Shown here: positions 46,436 through 55,703 of the stretch, one piece after another
Position numbering within the stretch: the stretch's first letter is position 1
How the letters are laid out: every line of letters begins with the position of its first letter
From: Gemmatimonadales bacterium
GTDB lineage: Bacteria; Gemmatimonadota; Gemmatimonadetes; Gemmatimonadales; GWC2-71-9
NCBI GenBank assembly: GCA_011772755.1
Contig: WVYX01000192.1
Coordinates: 1,856-65,855 of the forward strand
Direction: 5' to 3'
DNA: 64,000 bases
Made by a program: the position numbers and the translations under genes
The notes under the pieces: generated by a model
Databases searched by the model: none
Told to the model about the DNA's origin: nothing
Seen by the model: only the letters and a program-made list of their open reading frames with translations

Positions 46436-47113
46436 CTACTCCTTGGGCGGTTCGCCTTCGGGCAGTTGTGCCTCTTCTTCGGCCTTCGGCTTCCGGATGA
46501 GCTCGGGCTCCGCAACCTCCTCCTCCTCCTCGACGACCTCCACAGGCGGCGCCTCTTCCACACGCGGCGGAACGACCGTGCAGACGGTCGTTTCAGGATC
46601 CGTCAGGATCTTGGCATTCGCAACCATCACATCCTCGACGTGGAGCGAGCTGCCCACCCCCAACTCGGTCACATCGACGTCGATCCGCTCGGGGATGTGC
46701 TGCGGCAGGACCTCGATCTCGATCTCGCGAAGAAACTGCTCCAACACACCACCGGCGTTGCGCACTCCGTCAGGCGAGCCTACCAGGTTGACTGGTACGC
46801 CGAGGGTGATCTTCTCGCCTGCGTGGATCTCATAGAAGTCCACGTGAGTGACCGTCTTCTTCGTTGGGTGCCGCTGGATTTCCCTGATCAACACGCGCAC
46901 GGGGTGGCCGTCCAGCGCAAGCTCGATGACCGTCGCTCCCGTGATGTCGTGCAGCACCTTGTCGAGGTCCATCTGGGCGACCGCGAGCGCTTCCGACTGA
47001 CGCCCGTGCCCGTAGATGATCGCAGGAATCTGTCCCTGGCGCCTGAGCTGCCGCGCGGCCCCCGTTCCGGTGCCGCTGCGCCGTTCGGCATTGAGTGTTA
47101 CAGTCTGAGCCAT
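46436..47113 (-). CDS. rplY: 50S ribosomal protein L25 / general stress protein Ctc
   Basis: RRSGTGTGAARQLRRQGQIPAIIYGHG N-terminal signature and long acidic/Pro-rich C-terminal extension. 225 aa. Confidence 0.92.
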   Translation of the reverse strand: MAQTVTLNAERRSGTGTGAARQLRRQGQIPAIIYGHGRQSEALAVAQMDLDKVLHDITGATVIELALDGHPVRVLIREIQRHPTKKTVTHVDFYEIHAGEKITLGVPVNLVGSPDGVRNAGGVLEQFLREIEIEVLPQHIPERIDVDVTELGVGSSLHVEDVMVANAKILTDPETTVCTVVPPRVEEAPPVEVVEEEEEVAEPELIRKPKAEEEAQLPEGEPPKE

Positions 47114-47144
47114 GTCTGTCCTTCTACCACGAATCCGTGCTTCC

Positions 47145-48098
47145 TCAGTCGAACAGCGAACTCACTGATTGATCGCTGTGGGTGAATCGGATCGCCTGCG
47201 CGAGCAGCGGGCCAATCGAGAGGATCTTCAGTCCCTCGAATCGGCGCTCCTCCGGTATGCGGACGGTGTTCGTAACGGCCACCTCCGTCGCGCCGGACGC
47301 GCTCAGCCGATCCACGGCCGGGCCTGAGAGGAGCGCGTGCGTGGCGCAGCAATACACCTCGCGGGCGCCCAACCGTCTGAGGGCCTGAATCCCTTCAGCC
47401 ATCGTGCCGCCCGTGTCGATCATGTCGTCCACCAGGAGGCAATCGCAACCCTCCACCTCCCCCACTACGTTGACGACTTCAGCAACGTTGGCGGACGGAC
47501 GCCGCTTGTCGATGATGGCAAGCGCCGCATCGAGCCGCTTGGCGAATCCCCGGGCCATCTTCGCGCCGCCGACGTCGGGCGCCACTACGACTGGCCGGTG
47601 CAGCGTCTTGTCCCGATAGTGCTGCACCAGCACCGGTGCCGCATACAGGTGGTCCACCGGAACGTCAAAGAACCCCTGGAGCTGATGCTGGTGGAAGTCC
47701 AGTCCGAGCACCCGGTCCGCTCCGGCCGTAGTGATCAGGTTCGCCATCAGCTTGGCGCTGATGGCGACCCGTGGCTGGTCCTTCCGGTCCTGGCGTGCGT
47801 ACCCGAAATAGGGGATGACCGCCGTGACACGCGCCGCGCTGGCTCGCTTTACCGCGTCGAGAAGAATCAGCAGTTCGAGAATGTTCTCCGCCGGTGGGTT
47901 CGTGGGCTGAATGATGAAGACGTCCTGCCCCCGCACGTTCTCGTCGATCTTGACGAAGATCTCACCGTCGGCGAACCGCCGAATCGTGACGCAGCAAAGC
48001 GGCCGATTCAGCTGCCCAGCCATCTCCTCGGCCAGGGGGCGGTTCGCCGTCCCGGCCATGAGAAGCATCTTGCTGCTCGTAAGGGAGATTTCGGCCAT
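47145..48098 (-). CDS. prs: Ribose-phosphate pyrophosphokinase
   Basis: RFADGEIFVKIDENVRGQDVFIIQPT and PRPP-binding LLVDDMIDTGGT. ATG 48098 within the track ORF. Confidence 0.93.
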   Translation of the reverse strand: MAEISLTSSKMLLMAGTANRPLAEEMAGQLNRPLCCVTIRRFADGEIFVKIDENVRGQDVFIIQPTNPPAENILELLILLDAVKRASAARVTAVIPYFGYARQDRKDQPRVAISAKLMANLITTAGADRVLGLDFHQHQLQGFFDVPVDHLYAAPVLVQHYRDKTLHRPVVVAPDVGGAKMARGFAKRLDAALAIIDKRRPSANVAEVVNVVGEVEGCDCLLVDDMIDTGGTMAEGIQALRRLGAREVYCCATHALLSGPAVDRLSASGATEVAVTNTVRIPEERRFEGLKILSIGPLLAQAIRFTHSDQSVSSLFD

Positions 48099-48309
48099 AA
48101 CAGCCCCGACAAAGTACTTAGATGCAGACGGGAAGCCAAGATCGAGTCGCCGATGGCCGGCGGGCGCGGTCTGGTGCCGGCGGGTTAGATGCCGTAGAAG
48201 GGCTCGCGCCATGACGTGCCGAGGGCAACGTTGCCGTGCTCGACCGGTTGAGGTAATCTTGTTCACAGAGTATCCGACTCCCCTGGCGAGGCTTTTCGAG
48301 GAGCTGGCG

Positions 48310-48567
48310 ATGCCGCCACCCGCCGATCGGATTTCGGACGCGCCGTTTTCGAGTGAGGAAGCGGCCCATATCCGACACCTGCTGAATCATCCAGGTACCC
48401 CGCTCGGCTGTCCCCGTTGTGGTACGCCCCTGACCAGCGACACGCCCGTAGCGGGTGCGGAAGGTAGCAACGCCGTTTGGTTGCTCCGCTGCGCAGAGTG
48501 CCGGCGTTTCGCCATCTTCGACGACCTCGGTGAGCGGGCCGCACCGAGGGGCCGCCACACCCTCTAG
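48310..48567 (+). CDS. Small zinc-ribbon hypothetical protein (85 aa)
   Basis: CPRC ... CAEC four-cysteine pattern. GAGGAG lies 6 nt upstream of ATG 48310. No family recognised. Confidence 0.5.
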   Translation: MPPPADRISDAPFSSEEAAHIRHLLNHPGTPLGCPRCGTPLTSDTPVAGAEGSNAVWLLRCAECRRFAIFDDLGERAAPRGRHTL

Positions 48568-48750
48568 CAGGCTGGGACACGCCGTCGCCGGCGGAGTCCG
48601 CCCCCCTTATCGCTGGCTGCCTCGCTTTGGTCAGTTGGTGGTCGATTTGCGGTAGCCGGGACTACGCTCTGGGCCCCGCGCGATGAGACGTGTAGGTGGG
48701 AATGATGGCGTTGCTGTGGCGCTAGGCGGTCTGTCCACGGCTCGTCGGCA

Positions 48751-49122
48751 TTACTCCTCAGTGTCCAGGGCCTCATGCCACCACGACGTCCGCGGATCGA
48801 CTTCGAGGATCCGGGCCTTCCCGTGGGCGTTGATCAGTTCGGCCGACGCAATCCAGAGCTGCGTGTCCCACAGCATGCCTTCGAGTTCGAAGGGTTTCAG
48901 TTCTTCTTCGGTGAGATCGACGGTCACCTCGAGCAGCGCGTCCCCGTCGATCCCTTCATCGCGGCCGATCGGCCGGTCCGTGAGCCACACGCCGGTTACG
49001 ACGGTATCCTCGCCAGTTCGGGCGTCCTTGAGTCCGAAGTCCCAGTCGACGTCCTCAAAGCCGTGCTGCACGATCGAACGTGCCTCGGCTATGCTCGTTC
49101 GGTGGAAAAGCACAGTGCTCAT
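48751..49122 (-). CDS. Acidic hypothetical protein (123 aa)
   Basis: Clean ORF preceded by an AAGG-type SD. Motifs LFHRTS, GVWLTD, LLEVTV (see findings). No confident family. Confidence 0.55.
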   Translation of the reverse strand: MSTVLFHRTSIAEARSIVQHGFEDVDWDFGLKDARTGEDTVVTGVWLTDRPIGRDEGIDGDALLEVTVDLTEEELKPFELEGMLWDTQLWIASAELINAHGKARILEVDPRTSWWHEALDTEE

Positions 49123-49167
49123 GCTTGCCTTTGCCTCGGCATCTCGCCCCCGCCGGCATTCGGCGGG

Positions 49168-50352
49168 CTAGAAGAGTTGGCCTAATCCTATATACGTCTG
49201 CAGTCCGGCCTCCGATCCGTGGGCCACGTCCATCGCGATAATGAACGTTTCGCCCCACGTGACGCGAAGTCCACCCCCACCCCCCCAATGTAAACCCTGA
49301 TCCGCCGCAGCGTCTGTGTCACCCCACACACGCCCGGTGTCCACAAAGGCCAGCGTGCCAAGTCGCCATCGCTGACCCAGAAAGCCGAACGGCCTGCCGC
49401 GCCAACGGAGCTCGAGGTTGGCGAGGAACCGCGATGCACCCAGATAGCGGTTCCGGAGCACCCCGCGGATGGACTTGTCCCCGCCGAGCCCCGTGAAATC
49501 GCGGAACGACGAGGCGATGTCGGGGAGCATGGGCATCGGCATCGTCCCTGCTACCCACTCCCCCACCAGCCGCCCGGCGACCGTGAGGCTGCTGCCCAGT
49601 GGGACATAGGCACGGACCGTTCCCGTGAGGCGCGTGAAACTATGCTCGCTCCCCGTCAGCCGGAGGCCTTGCCACAAGAGTACTTCCGCCCACAGGCCAT
49701 GGTGTGGATCGCGTTCGTGGTCCCGGCTGTCCAGCACAATCCCCACCTTGGGACCGATGGACGCCGCCGATAGTTGAGGGGCGGGGAGGAGCCCCGTGAT
49801 ACTGTCTTGCGCGAACAGGGTGTTGGGGTCGCGGCTCTCCCCGGCGTTGTGGTGTGCCGCAAAACCGGTCAGGATCCGCACGTTCCTGCGGGCTCGCCAC
49901 TGCAGGTTGAGAACCGCGCTCCAGCGACGCCGGGCGTAGGTGTAGAAGCTCGGGCCGGACTCCAGCTTTGCCAGATCCGGGTCATACACCGAGGCGTTGC
50001 CCAGACCGAAGTACGGCTGGCAGCAGTCGCGCTCGAATCCCACGACCAGGGTCAGCCTACCCACGCCGCCGAACACGAAGGGCGCGTCCGCGACGGCCGA
50101 CACCTCCCGGCGCCCTCCGGTCGTGAAGAAGACTGTGGGCTCGAAGGACCAGAGGTAGGGTTGCTGGCCGGCCGCACCGTAGCGATAGACGCCTGCGACC
50201 ACGCCGTATCCAAATCCTTCGTCTGAGTTGTAGTTGAGGGCGGGGAACCCCGTGAGCTGGAGTCCCCCAGGGGTTATCTCTTGCGCTCGGCAGAGCGCTG
50301 GACTGAGGAGACAGAGCCACGCCAGGTGGGTGGTCCGGAACATCCTGCTCAT
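49168..50352 (-). CDS. Omp85/surface-antigen-family outer-membrane beta-barrel protein
   Basis: Signal peptide (LAWLCLLSPALCRAQE). C-terminal FVDTGRVW ... GGGLRV ... IGLGQLF (terminal Phe), typical of Bac_surface_Ag barrels. Confidence 0.75.
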   Translation of the reverse strand: MSRMFRTTHLAWLCLLSPALCRAQEITPGGLQLTGFPALNYNSDEGFGYGVVAGVYRYGAAGQQPYLWSFEPTVFFTTGGRREVSAVADAPFVFGGVGRLTLVVGFERDCCQPYFGLGNASVYDPDLAKLESGPSFYTYARRRWSAVLNLQWRARRNVRILTGFAAHHNAGESRDPNTLFAQDSITGLLPAPQLSAASIGPKVGIVLDSRDHERDPHHGLWAEVLLWQGLRLTGSEHSFTRLTGTVRAYVPLGSSLTVAGRLVGEWVAGTMPMPMLPDIASSFRDFTGLGGDKSIRGVLRNRYLGASRFLANLELRWRGRPFGFLGQRWRLGTLAFVDTGRVWGDTDAAADQGLHWGGGGGLRVTWGETFIIAMDVAHGSEAGLQTYIGLGQLF

Positions 50353-50511
50353 TTGAAGCCAACAATAGAACGCGCGCACTGGAGGTGCAATCGCTGATAG
50401 GGGCTGAGAGGGAATCACCCTGGCGGTCGGCTCGGCGGGCCTGCGATATTAGGGACAGCCGGAGCGTCGATGGGAGAATGACGCCGCACGCCACCGCTGA
50501 GGAGGACCACT

Positions 50512-50766
50512 ATGCCCGAACAACTTGTCGGAACCGTCACGCACTACTTCAAGGGACCGGGAGTGGCCGTGGTCAAGGTGACCGACGGGGAGGTAGCAGT
50601 CGGCGATGAAGTACATTTCCTCGGTCACACGACTGACTTCACTGAGCGGATCACCTCTATGGAGGTGGAGCACAAGAAGGTCGAGCGGGCAAAGGCGGGT
50701 GAGGAAATCGCAATTCAGGTGGTTGAGCGCGCGCGTCCGCACGATCAGGTGTTGAAGATCACCTGA
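50512..50766 (+). CDS. Small EF-Tu domain-2-like beta-barrel protein
   Basis: 84 aa. G.V.HYF....VAVVKV.DG.V.VGD...F.G pattern of translation-factor domain-II-like barrels. GAGGAGG SD upstream. Confidence 0.5.
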   Translation: MPEQLVGTVTHYFKGPGVAVVKVTDGEVAVGDEVHFLGHTTDFTERITSMEVEHKKVERAKAGEEIAIQVVERARPHDQVLKIT

Positions 50767-50959
50767 CTCATGACCGTCGTGGCGTGGCAATCCGCGCCCA
50801 TCTCGCCCCGCATTCCCGCCGCTCGCCATCGCCAGGCGCGAGTCGTGTTGGGCTACTCACGCTAGCACTGCCACCAGTCCCCGAACCCTGGGAGGCGAGT
50901 GCGGCAACCGGGGCAGCAGCTCCTGACGTACCGCAGTGCAATGATCCACGGGGGAGACC

Positions 50960-51412
50960 ATGAGGAGAGTGCTACCGCTGGTATTCGCGAGTGCGCTGGT
51001 TGGGGTCGGCGCATCGCATGCGCAGACGGCGGCCGACTCGGCTGCGATCCGGCAGACAGCGCTGGACTACATCGAGGGCTGGTACGAGGGGGATGCGGAA
51101 CGGATGAAGGGCGCCCTGCATCCGGAGCTGGCGAAACGTATCGTCATGACCGACCCTCAGTCGGGGGAGAGCCGCCTGCAGCACATGACCGCCGAGCGGC
51201 TAGTCCAGGTCACTGCGGCCGGCTCCGGTGCTCGCACTCCGAAGGAACGTCAGCTCAAGGACGTCGCAATCCTCGATATCTTCGAGAATGCCGCGAGCGT
51301 GCGGGTCGATGCCTCCGATTGGATCGACTACCTCCATGTGGCCAAGTGGGACGGGAAGTGGGTGATCGTGAACGTGTTGTGGGAGTTGAAGCCGCACGCG
51401 AAAAGGAGATGA
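50960..51412 (+). CDS. Secreted NTF2-fold (SnoaL/lumazine-binding-like) protein
   Basis: Signal peptide, then IRQTALDYIEGWYEGDAERM ... DYLHVAKWDGKWVIVNVLW, typical of the NTF2-like family. Confidence 0.65.
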   Translation: MRRVLPLVFASALVGVGASHAQTAADSAAIRQTALDYIEGWYEGDAERMKGALHPELAKRIVMTDPQSGESRLQHMTAERLVQVTAAGSGARTPKERQLKDVAILDIFENAASVRVDASDWIDYLHVAKWDGKWVIVNVLWELKPHAKRR

Positions 51413-51429
51413 CCTCAGCGGGACGCAGA

Positions 51430-51639
51430 CTACGGAGATCCGTCCTGTCTGCGGACCCGCCTCCACCACACGGGTACGAGGGCGGCTGCCATAGCGAGTG
51501 CCGGCCAGGACGAAACCGGGCTCGTCCCCGGTGCAGAAACGAGTAGGCTCCCCACGCCGTACGGCATCAGGAAGAGTGAGACCGCCGTCAGTGCGGTGCT
51601 CGTAATGCCCTGGATGGGCTTCCTGAGCGGTGCAGCCAT
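51430..51639 (-). CDS. Possible small two-helix membrane protein (69 aa)
   Basis: Only the 3' part of a long high-GC track ORF looks protein-like (two hydrophobic stretches). Weak support. Confidence 0.25.
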   Translation of the reverse strand: MAAPLRKPIQGITSTALTAVSLFLMPYGVGSLLVSAPGTSPVSSWPALAMAAALVPVWWRRVRRQDGSP

Positions 51640-51734
51640 GTCGTCGCCAACGGCAACAGCCGTGCCGTGGCAGAATCCGGAAGGCGTGACCCGTCGGTAG
51701 AACTGACCCACATCTCCGACCGCCCGGCCGTCAG

Positions 51735-51764
51735 TCCATCCTTCCGTCGTTCCGTCGTTCCGTC
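51735..51764. repeat. Octamer-periodic pyrimidine-rich repeat (TCCGTCGT family)
   Basis: TCCATCCTTCCGTCGTTCCGTCGTTCCGTC directly abuts the TAG stop (51765-51767) of the amidohydrolase gene. Shares CCGTCGTTCC and TCCATCCTTCC with the elements at 61386-61434 and 62421-62481. Confidence 0.6.
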
Positions 51765-53516
51765 CTAACGCCGCACCACGGGGCCGGTGGCCTCGTGCTG
51801 GTACAGCACCTTGCCCCCGACGATCGTGTACACGACCTGAGCAGTTGGGATCTGATCCTCGGGAATCGTCATGATGTCTTTCGACAGCACCACGATGTCT
51901 GCGAGCTTGCCGGAAGCCAGCGATCCCTTGACGTCCTCCTCGAAAGCCGCGTAGGCGTTGTTCAGCGTGTAGGATCGGAGGGCTTCCTCCCGGCTCATAC
52001 GCTCGTCTGGGAAGAAGGCAGATCCGTCTTTCGTCCTCCGCGAGACCGACGCATAGAAGCTGGCGATCGGATCGACGTCCTCCACCGGTGCGTCGCTGCC
52101 GTTGGCGACAATAGCTCCGGATTGCATGAGCTTCCGCCAGACGTAGGCACCCTCTTCGGCTCGCTGTCTCCCCAAGCGCTTGATCACCCAGGGGCCATCC
52201 GACGTGCAGTGGATTCCCTGCATGGCTGCGATGACCCCGAGTTGGGCGAACCGGGGAATCTCGTCGGGATGAAGATGCTGGGCGTGCTCGATCCGCCAGC
52301 GCAGGTCTGTCTTGTCGGGGTTGGCCTGGAAGACTCGTTCGTACAGGTCGAGGACCTCTCGGTTGCCACGGTCTCCGATGGCATGAGTGTTCACCTGGAA
52401 GCCATGCTCGATGGCCAGCTCGGCGGTCCGAGCAATGTCTTGCAGGGGTTCCAGGTTGAGGCCGGTGCTCGTGGGGAGATCCATGTATGGCTCCAGCAGC
52501 CATGCCCCGTGGGGACCCAGCGCGCCGTCGACCTGCCGCTTGATGGAGCGGACGGTGAGGCGCCCTTCGCCGTAGCCGATCATCCGATAGTCGGGAAGCT
52601 TCTCCGCCATCTCCTCGTTCGACGCGTATCGGACCATCACGTAGAGACGGACCGGCAGCTTCCCTTCGTCGGCGAGTCGCCGGAAGAAGTCGATGGTCTC
52701 GAACGATGCACCGGCGTCGTGAAAGCTGGTGATACCCTTTGCCAGGAGTTCCTCGTTCGCGAGTTCCACCGCTCTGCGCTCGTCCGCATCAACCTCTTCT
52801 GGCGAGCGCTGTGCCTGGGAACGGGCGATCGCGTCGCGCACCGGGACCTGTGCCTTCTCTCGCAGGGCGCCGGTTGGGGTGCCGCGGGCATCTCGCACGA
52901 TCTCGCCACCGGGTGGGTCGGGGGATTCCGACGTGATGCCTGCCAACTCCATGGCCCGGGCGTTGGCGAAAGAGGCGTGACCGCTGGCGTGGGTGAGGAA
53001 CACCGGGTTGTCGGGTGAGACCCGGCTCAGGCTGCGATGCGTCGGCAGCCCCTCGACGCTGGGCGAGGGCACGCGATCCCACTTCTCCTGGTGCCAACCC
53101 CGTCCGAGAATCCACGCACCGGGCTCGGTTCCTGGAACAGCTTCGGCCACCATGGCGACGATCTCGTCCCAGTTAGCCGCGCCGGTGAGGTCGAGAATCA
53201 TCTTGGACCGACCCAGGCTCATGAAGTGTCCGTGCCCCTCGATAAAGCCCGGGATCGCGAGCCGGCCGTCCAGATCGATCACCTCGGTGGCGGGGCCGAC
53301 GTATGGCTGTATCTCCTCGTCACTTCCGACGGCGACGATTGTCTGTCCTCGAATCGCAAGGGCCTGCACTTCAGGATTGGCAGAGTCGACGGTCACGATC
53401 CTCCCGTTTTGGAGGACGAGATCGGCGGGTCGCGTTCCGCAGCCGGCGAGCCAGCTCGCGCCGAGAATAACGACAAGCCGCGCCACGACCATCCTTGCTG
53501 TGAGCTTTGAATTCAC
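51765..53516 (-). CDS. Amidohydrolase-3 (YtcJ-like) family lipoprotein
   Basis: Lipobox LAGC, LVLQNGRIVT entry strand, PGFIEGHGH metal motif, downstream HAIGD and FNSD/GSD motifs. Confidence 0.8.
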   Translation of the reverse strand: MNSKLTARMVVARLVVILGASWLAGCGTRPADLVLQNGRIVTVDSANPEVQALAIRGQTIVAVGSDEEIQPYVGPATEVIDLDGRLAIPGFIEGHGHFMSLGRSKMILDLTGAANWDEIVAMVAEAVPGTEPGAWILGRGWHQEKWDRVPSPSVEGLPTHRSLSRVSPDNPVFLTHASGHASFANARAMELAGITSESPDPPGGEIVRDARGTPTGALREKAQVPVRDAIARSQAQRSPEEVDADERRAVELANEELLAKGITSFHDAGASFETIDFFRRLADEGKLPVRLYVMVRYASNEEMAEKLPDYRMIGYGEGRLTVRSIKRQVDGALGPHGAWLLEPYMDLPTSTGLNLEPLQDIARTAELAIEHGFQVNTHAIGDRGNREVLDLYERVFQANPDKTDLRWRIEHAQHLHPDEIPRFAQLGVIAAMQGIHCTSDGPWVIKRLGRQRAEEGAYVWRKLMQSGAIVANGSDAPVEDVDPIASFYASVSRRTKDGSAFFPDERMSREEALRSYTLNNAYAAFEEDVKGSLASGKLADIVVLSKDIMTIPEDQIPTAQVVYTIVGGKVLYQHEATGPVVRR

Positions 53517-53603
53517 CGTCTTCCTCCCCTGTGGCTGACCGATGTCGTGCGTCGTACGACGCGGCAGTCGGTGGTCTGGTGTGCCGCGCCAACTGGGCTG
53601 CAG

Positions 53604-55424
53604 TCAGCGCCCTGCTTCGTAGACGACTCGACCAGCCACCACCGTAAGTAGAATGGATCCCTCCAGTAGTCCCTCGGGCGCGCTGTCTCCCAGAACCATC
53701 GGATCGATGTCCATCACCGTGACGTCGGCCCATCTGCCGGGTGCCAGCACCCCTGTCTCGTTCTCGAGGAACGCGGCGTACGCCGGCCACACCGTGTACC
53801 CCCTCACGGCCTCCTCTGGGGTCATCCGGTGCTCGGCGTACCACCCACCCTCTGGCTGGAGCTCCTTGTCACGTCTGGTGATCGCTGCGTGCAGCCCATA
53901 GAAGATGTCGTGATCCGAGCCGGGGAGATCGGAGTTGAATACGAGGCGCGCTCCCACCTGCCGCAGAGCCCGCCACGCATACGCATACCGCACCCGCTCC
54001 GGCCCGAGACGATCCTCGGCCCATGTCTTGTCTTCCACTGCGTGCGGCGGCTCCATCGAGGCAATGACATCGAGGGCGGCAAACCGGGGGATGTCGGTCG
54101 GGTGGAGCACCTGTGCGTGCTCGATGCGGTGCCGCCAGATCTTCGCGTCAGGATCACTGGCAAACGTGCGTTCTAAGAAGTCCAAGGTCTCCCGATTGCC
54201 CGCATCGCCGATCGCGTGTATTGCGACTTGGAAACCGGCTCCCATCATCTGCGCGACCAGCGCCTCGTCGAAGCCGTACTCGTCACCGCTCACCCCTCGA
54301 TGGCCGGGTCGGTCTGCGTAATCCTCAATCAGGCGGGCGCCGCGAGACCCAAGGGCACCATCGTAGAATGCCTTGACGGATCGAGTGATGAGCATGCTCT
54401 CGGCATTGGTGACGGGTCCTGTAGCGAGCCAGGCTCGGATCAGCTCCTCGTCCCTCCCGGCGAGCATCGCATACACCCGAAGTGGCAGGCTTCCCTCTGC
54501 TTCGAGGTCTTCCAGGGCCGCCATTAGCGCGCTGCCGGCACCCGCCTCGTGTACCCCCACGTATCCTGCTGCCGCCATCGCTTCCAATCCGGCAACGACC
54601 CGGGTCTTGAGCTGCGCGTGGGTCGGTGGTGGAATCGCCGCCGCGAGCAGTTGGACGGCGTTGTTCAACAAGATCCCGGTCGGACGACCGCTAGCGTCCT
54701 TCCGGATTGCGCCGCCTTCCGGCGCCACCGTCTGGGGGGTGATGCCCGCTCGCTCGAACGCCAGGCGGTTACCCCACGCGGCAAACCCGTGGAGACCTCT
54801 GAGGTAAACCGGATGATCAGGGACCCGCTCGCTCAAGAGCCGCATGTCAGGGTAGCGATTGGCCCACGCCCCCTCGTCCCAGCCCCATCCCACGATCCAC
54901 TCCCCCTCGGGTACGTTGACGGCCCAGGCCACCACCCGCTCGACAGCCTCGATCTCCGTCGAGACGCCGACCAGATCGACCTGCTCGAGGGCGGCGCCCA
55001 ACCCAGCGATATGGACGTGTGAGTCCACCAGGCCGGGGAGCACCGCACCACCGTCGACGTCGATAACGCGGCTGTCGGGACCCCGGTAGACTTCGGCGGC
55101 TTGGTCGCTTCCGACGAAGACGATCTCTCCGCCGCGGATGGCGACGGCCGTGGCGTCAGGCCGCCAGCCCTCGACTGAGTGGGGAGCGGTGGCTGCCGGG
55201 GTGCCGTCGGGGGCCGGATCGTCCCACGTGAAGGTGTACACGCGGCCGTTGACCAAGAGCAGGTCGGCCGGTGCCTCCGCACAACCGATTGAGCCCACGA
55301 GCAGCAGAGTCCAGACTCGGCGCAGCAGTAACGCCAGGCGGCTCGGCTCGGCATTGGTTCGTGTGCTATGATCGGGGGGCGGTCGGTGGGAGGCCGGTTG
55401 CAGACGGTTCGGCAGGCTAGTCAT
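53604..55424 (-). CDS. Amidohydrolase-3 (YtcJ-like) family lipoprotein, tandem paralogue
   Basis: Lipobox SIGC, LLLVNGRVYT, PGLVDSHVH, HAIGDAGN, VFNSDLPG. Collinear with the downstream paralogue. Confidence 0.8.
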   Translation of the reverse strand: MTSLPNRLQPASHRPPPDHSTRTNAEPSRLALLLRRVWTLLLVGSIGCAEAPADLLLVNGRVYTFTWDDPAPDGTPAATAPHSVEGWRPDATAVAIRGGEIVFVGSDQAAEVYRGPDSRVIDVDGGAVLPGLVDSHVHIAGLGAALEQVDLVGVSTEIEAVERVVAWAVNVPEGEWIVGWGWDEGAWANRYPDMRLLSERVPDHPVYLRGLHGFAAWGNRLAFERAGITPQTVAPEGGAIRKDASGRPTGILLNNAVQLLAAAIPPPTHAQLKTRVVAGLEAMAAAGYVGVHEAGAGSALMAALEDLEAEGSLPLRVYAMLAGRDEELIRAWLATGPVTNAESMLITRSVKAFYDGALGSRGARLIEDYADRPGHRGVSGDEYGFDEALVAQMMGAGFQVAIHAIGDAGNRETLDFLERTFASDPDAKIWRHRIEHAQVLHPTDIPRFAALDVIASMEPPHAVEDKTWAEDRLGPERVRYAYAWRALRQVGARLVFNSDLPGSDHDIFYGLHAAITRRDKELQPEGGWYAEHRMTPEEAVRGYTVWPAYAAFLENETGVLAPGRWADVTVMDIDPMVLGDSAPEGLLEGSILLTVVAGRVVYEAGR

Positions 55425-55703
55425 AGGTGCCTTCCAGTAAGCCGGCAGTGAGTCTCCTTGTTGATAGCATGCCTCTTGCTCAAGGGAGATATGTCATGAG
55501 GTGCGCAAGGGGTCCAGGGCTGTTGCATACCTGGGATCCTGCAATCGGAGGTGTTGGCTCAGGTAAGACGCCGCTAGGGGGGACTCAAGGGAGAGATGAG
55601 ATGCGAGGCGCTGGCCCGTGGGGGCGCGTTGGTGCGTCGGCCACACGCCCTCCCGAGCGCGGCGCACGGCCTCAGGTTGCCTACGACCGCGACAGCGGCG
55701 CCC

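Noticed and set aside
47911-48309. 5' two-thirds of track ORF 47911..48567, overlapping the prs start region
   Set aside because: This part runs antisense through prs and its promoter region. Only the segment from the SD-preceded ATG at 48310 was kept as a candidate gene.
51795-53018. 407-aa plus-strand ORF opposite the first amidohydrolase, and the long minus ORF 51430..52503 in another frame
   Set aside because: The amidohydrolase frame is supported by metal motifs and the paralogue. Only the last roughly 70 codons of 51430..52503 look protein-like, and they are listed at low confidence.
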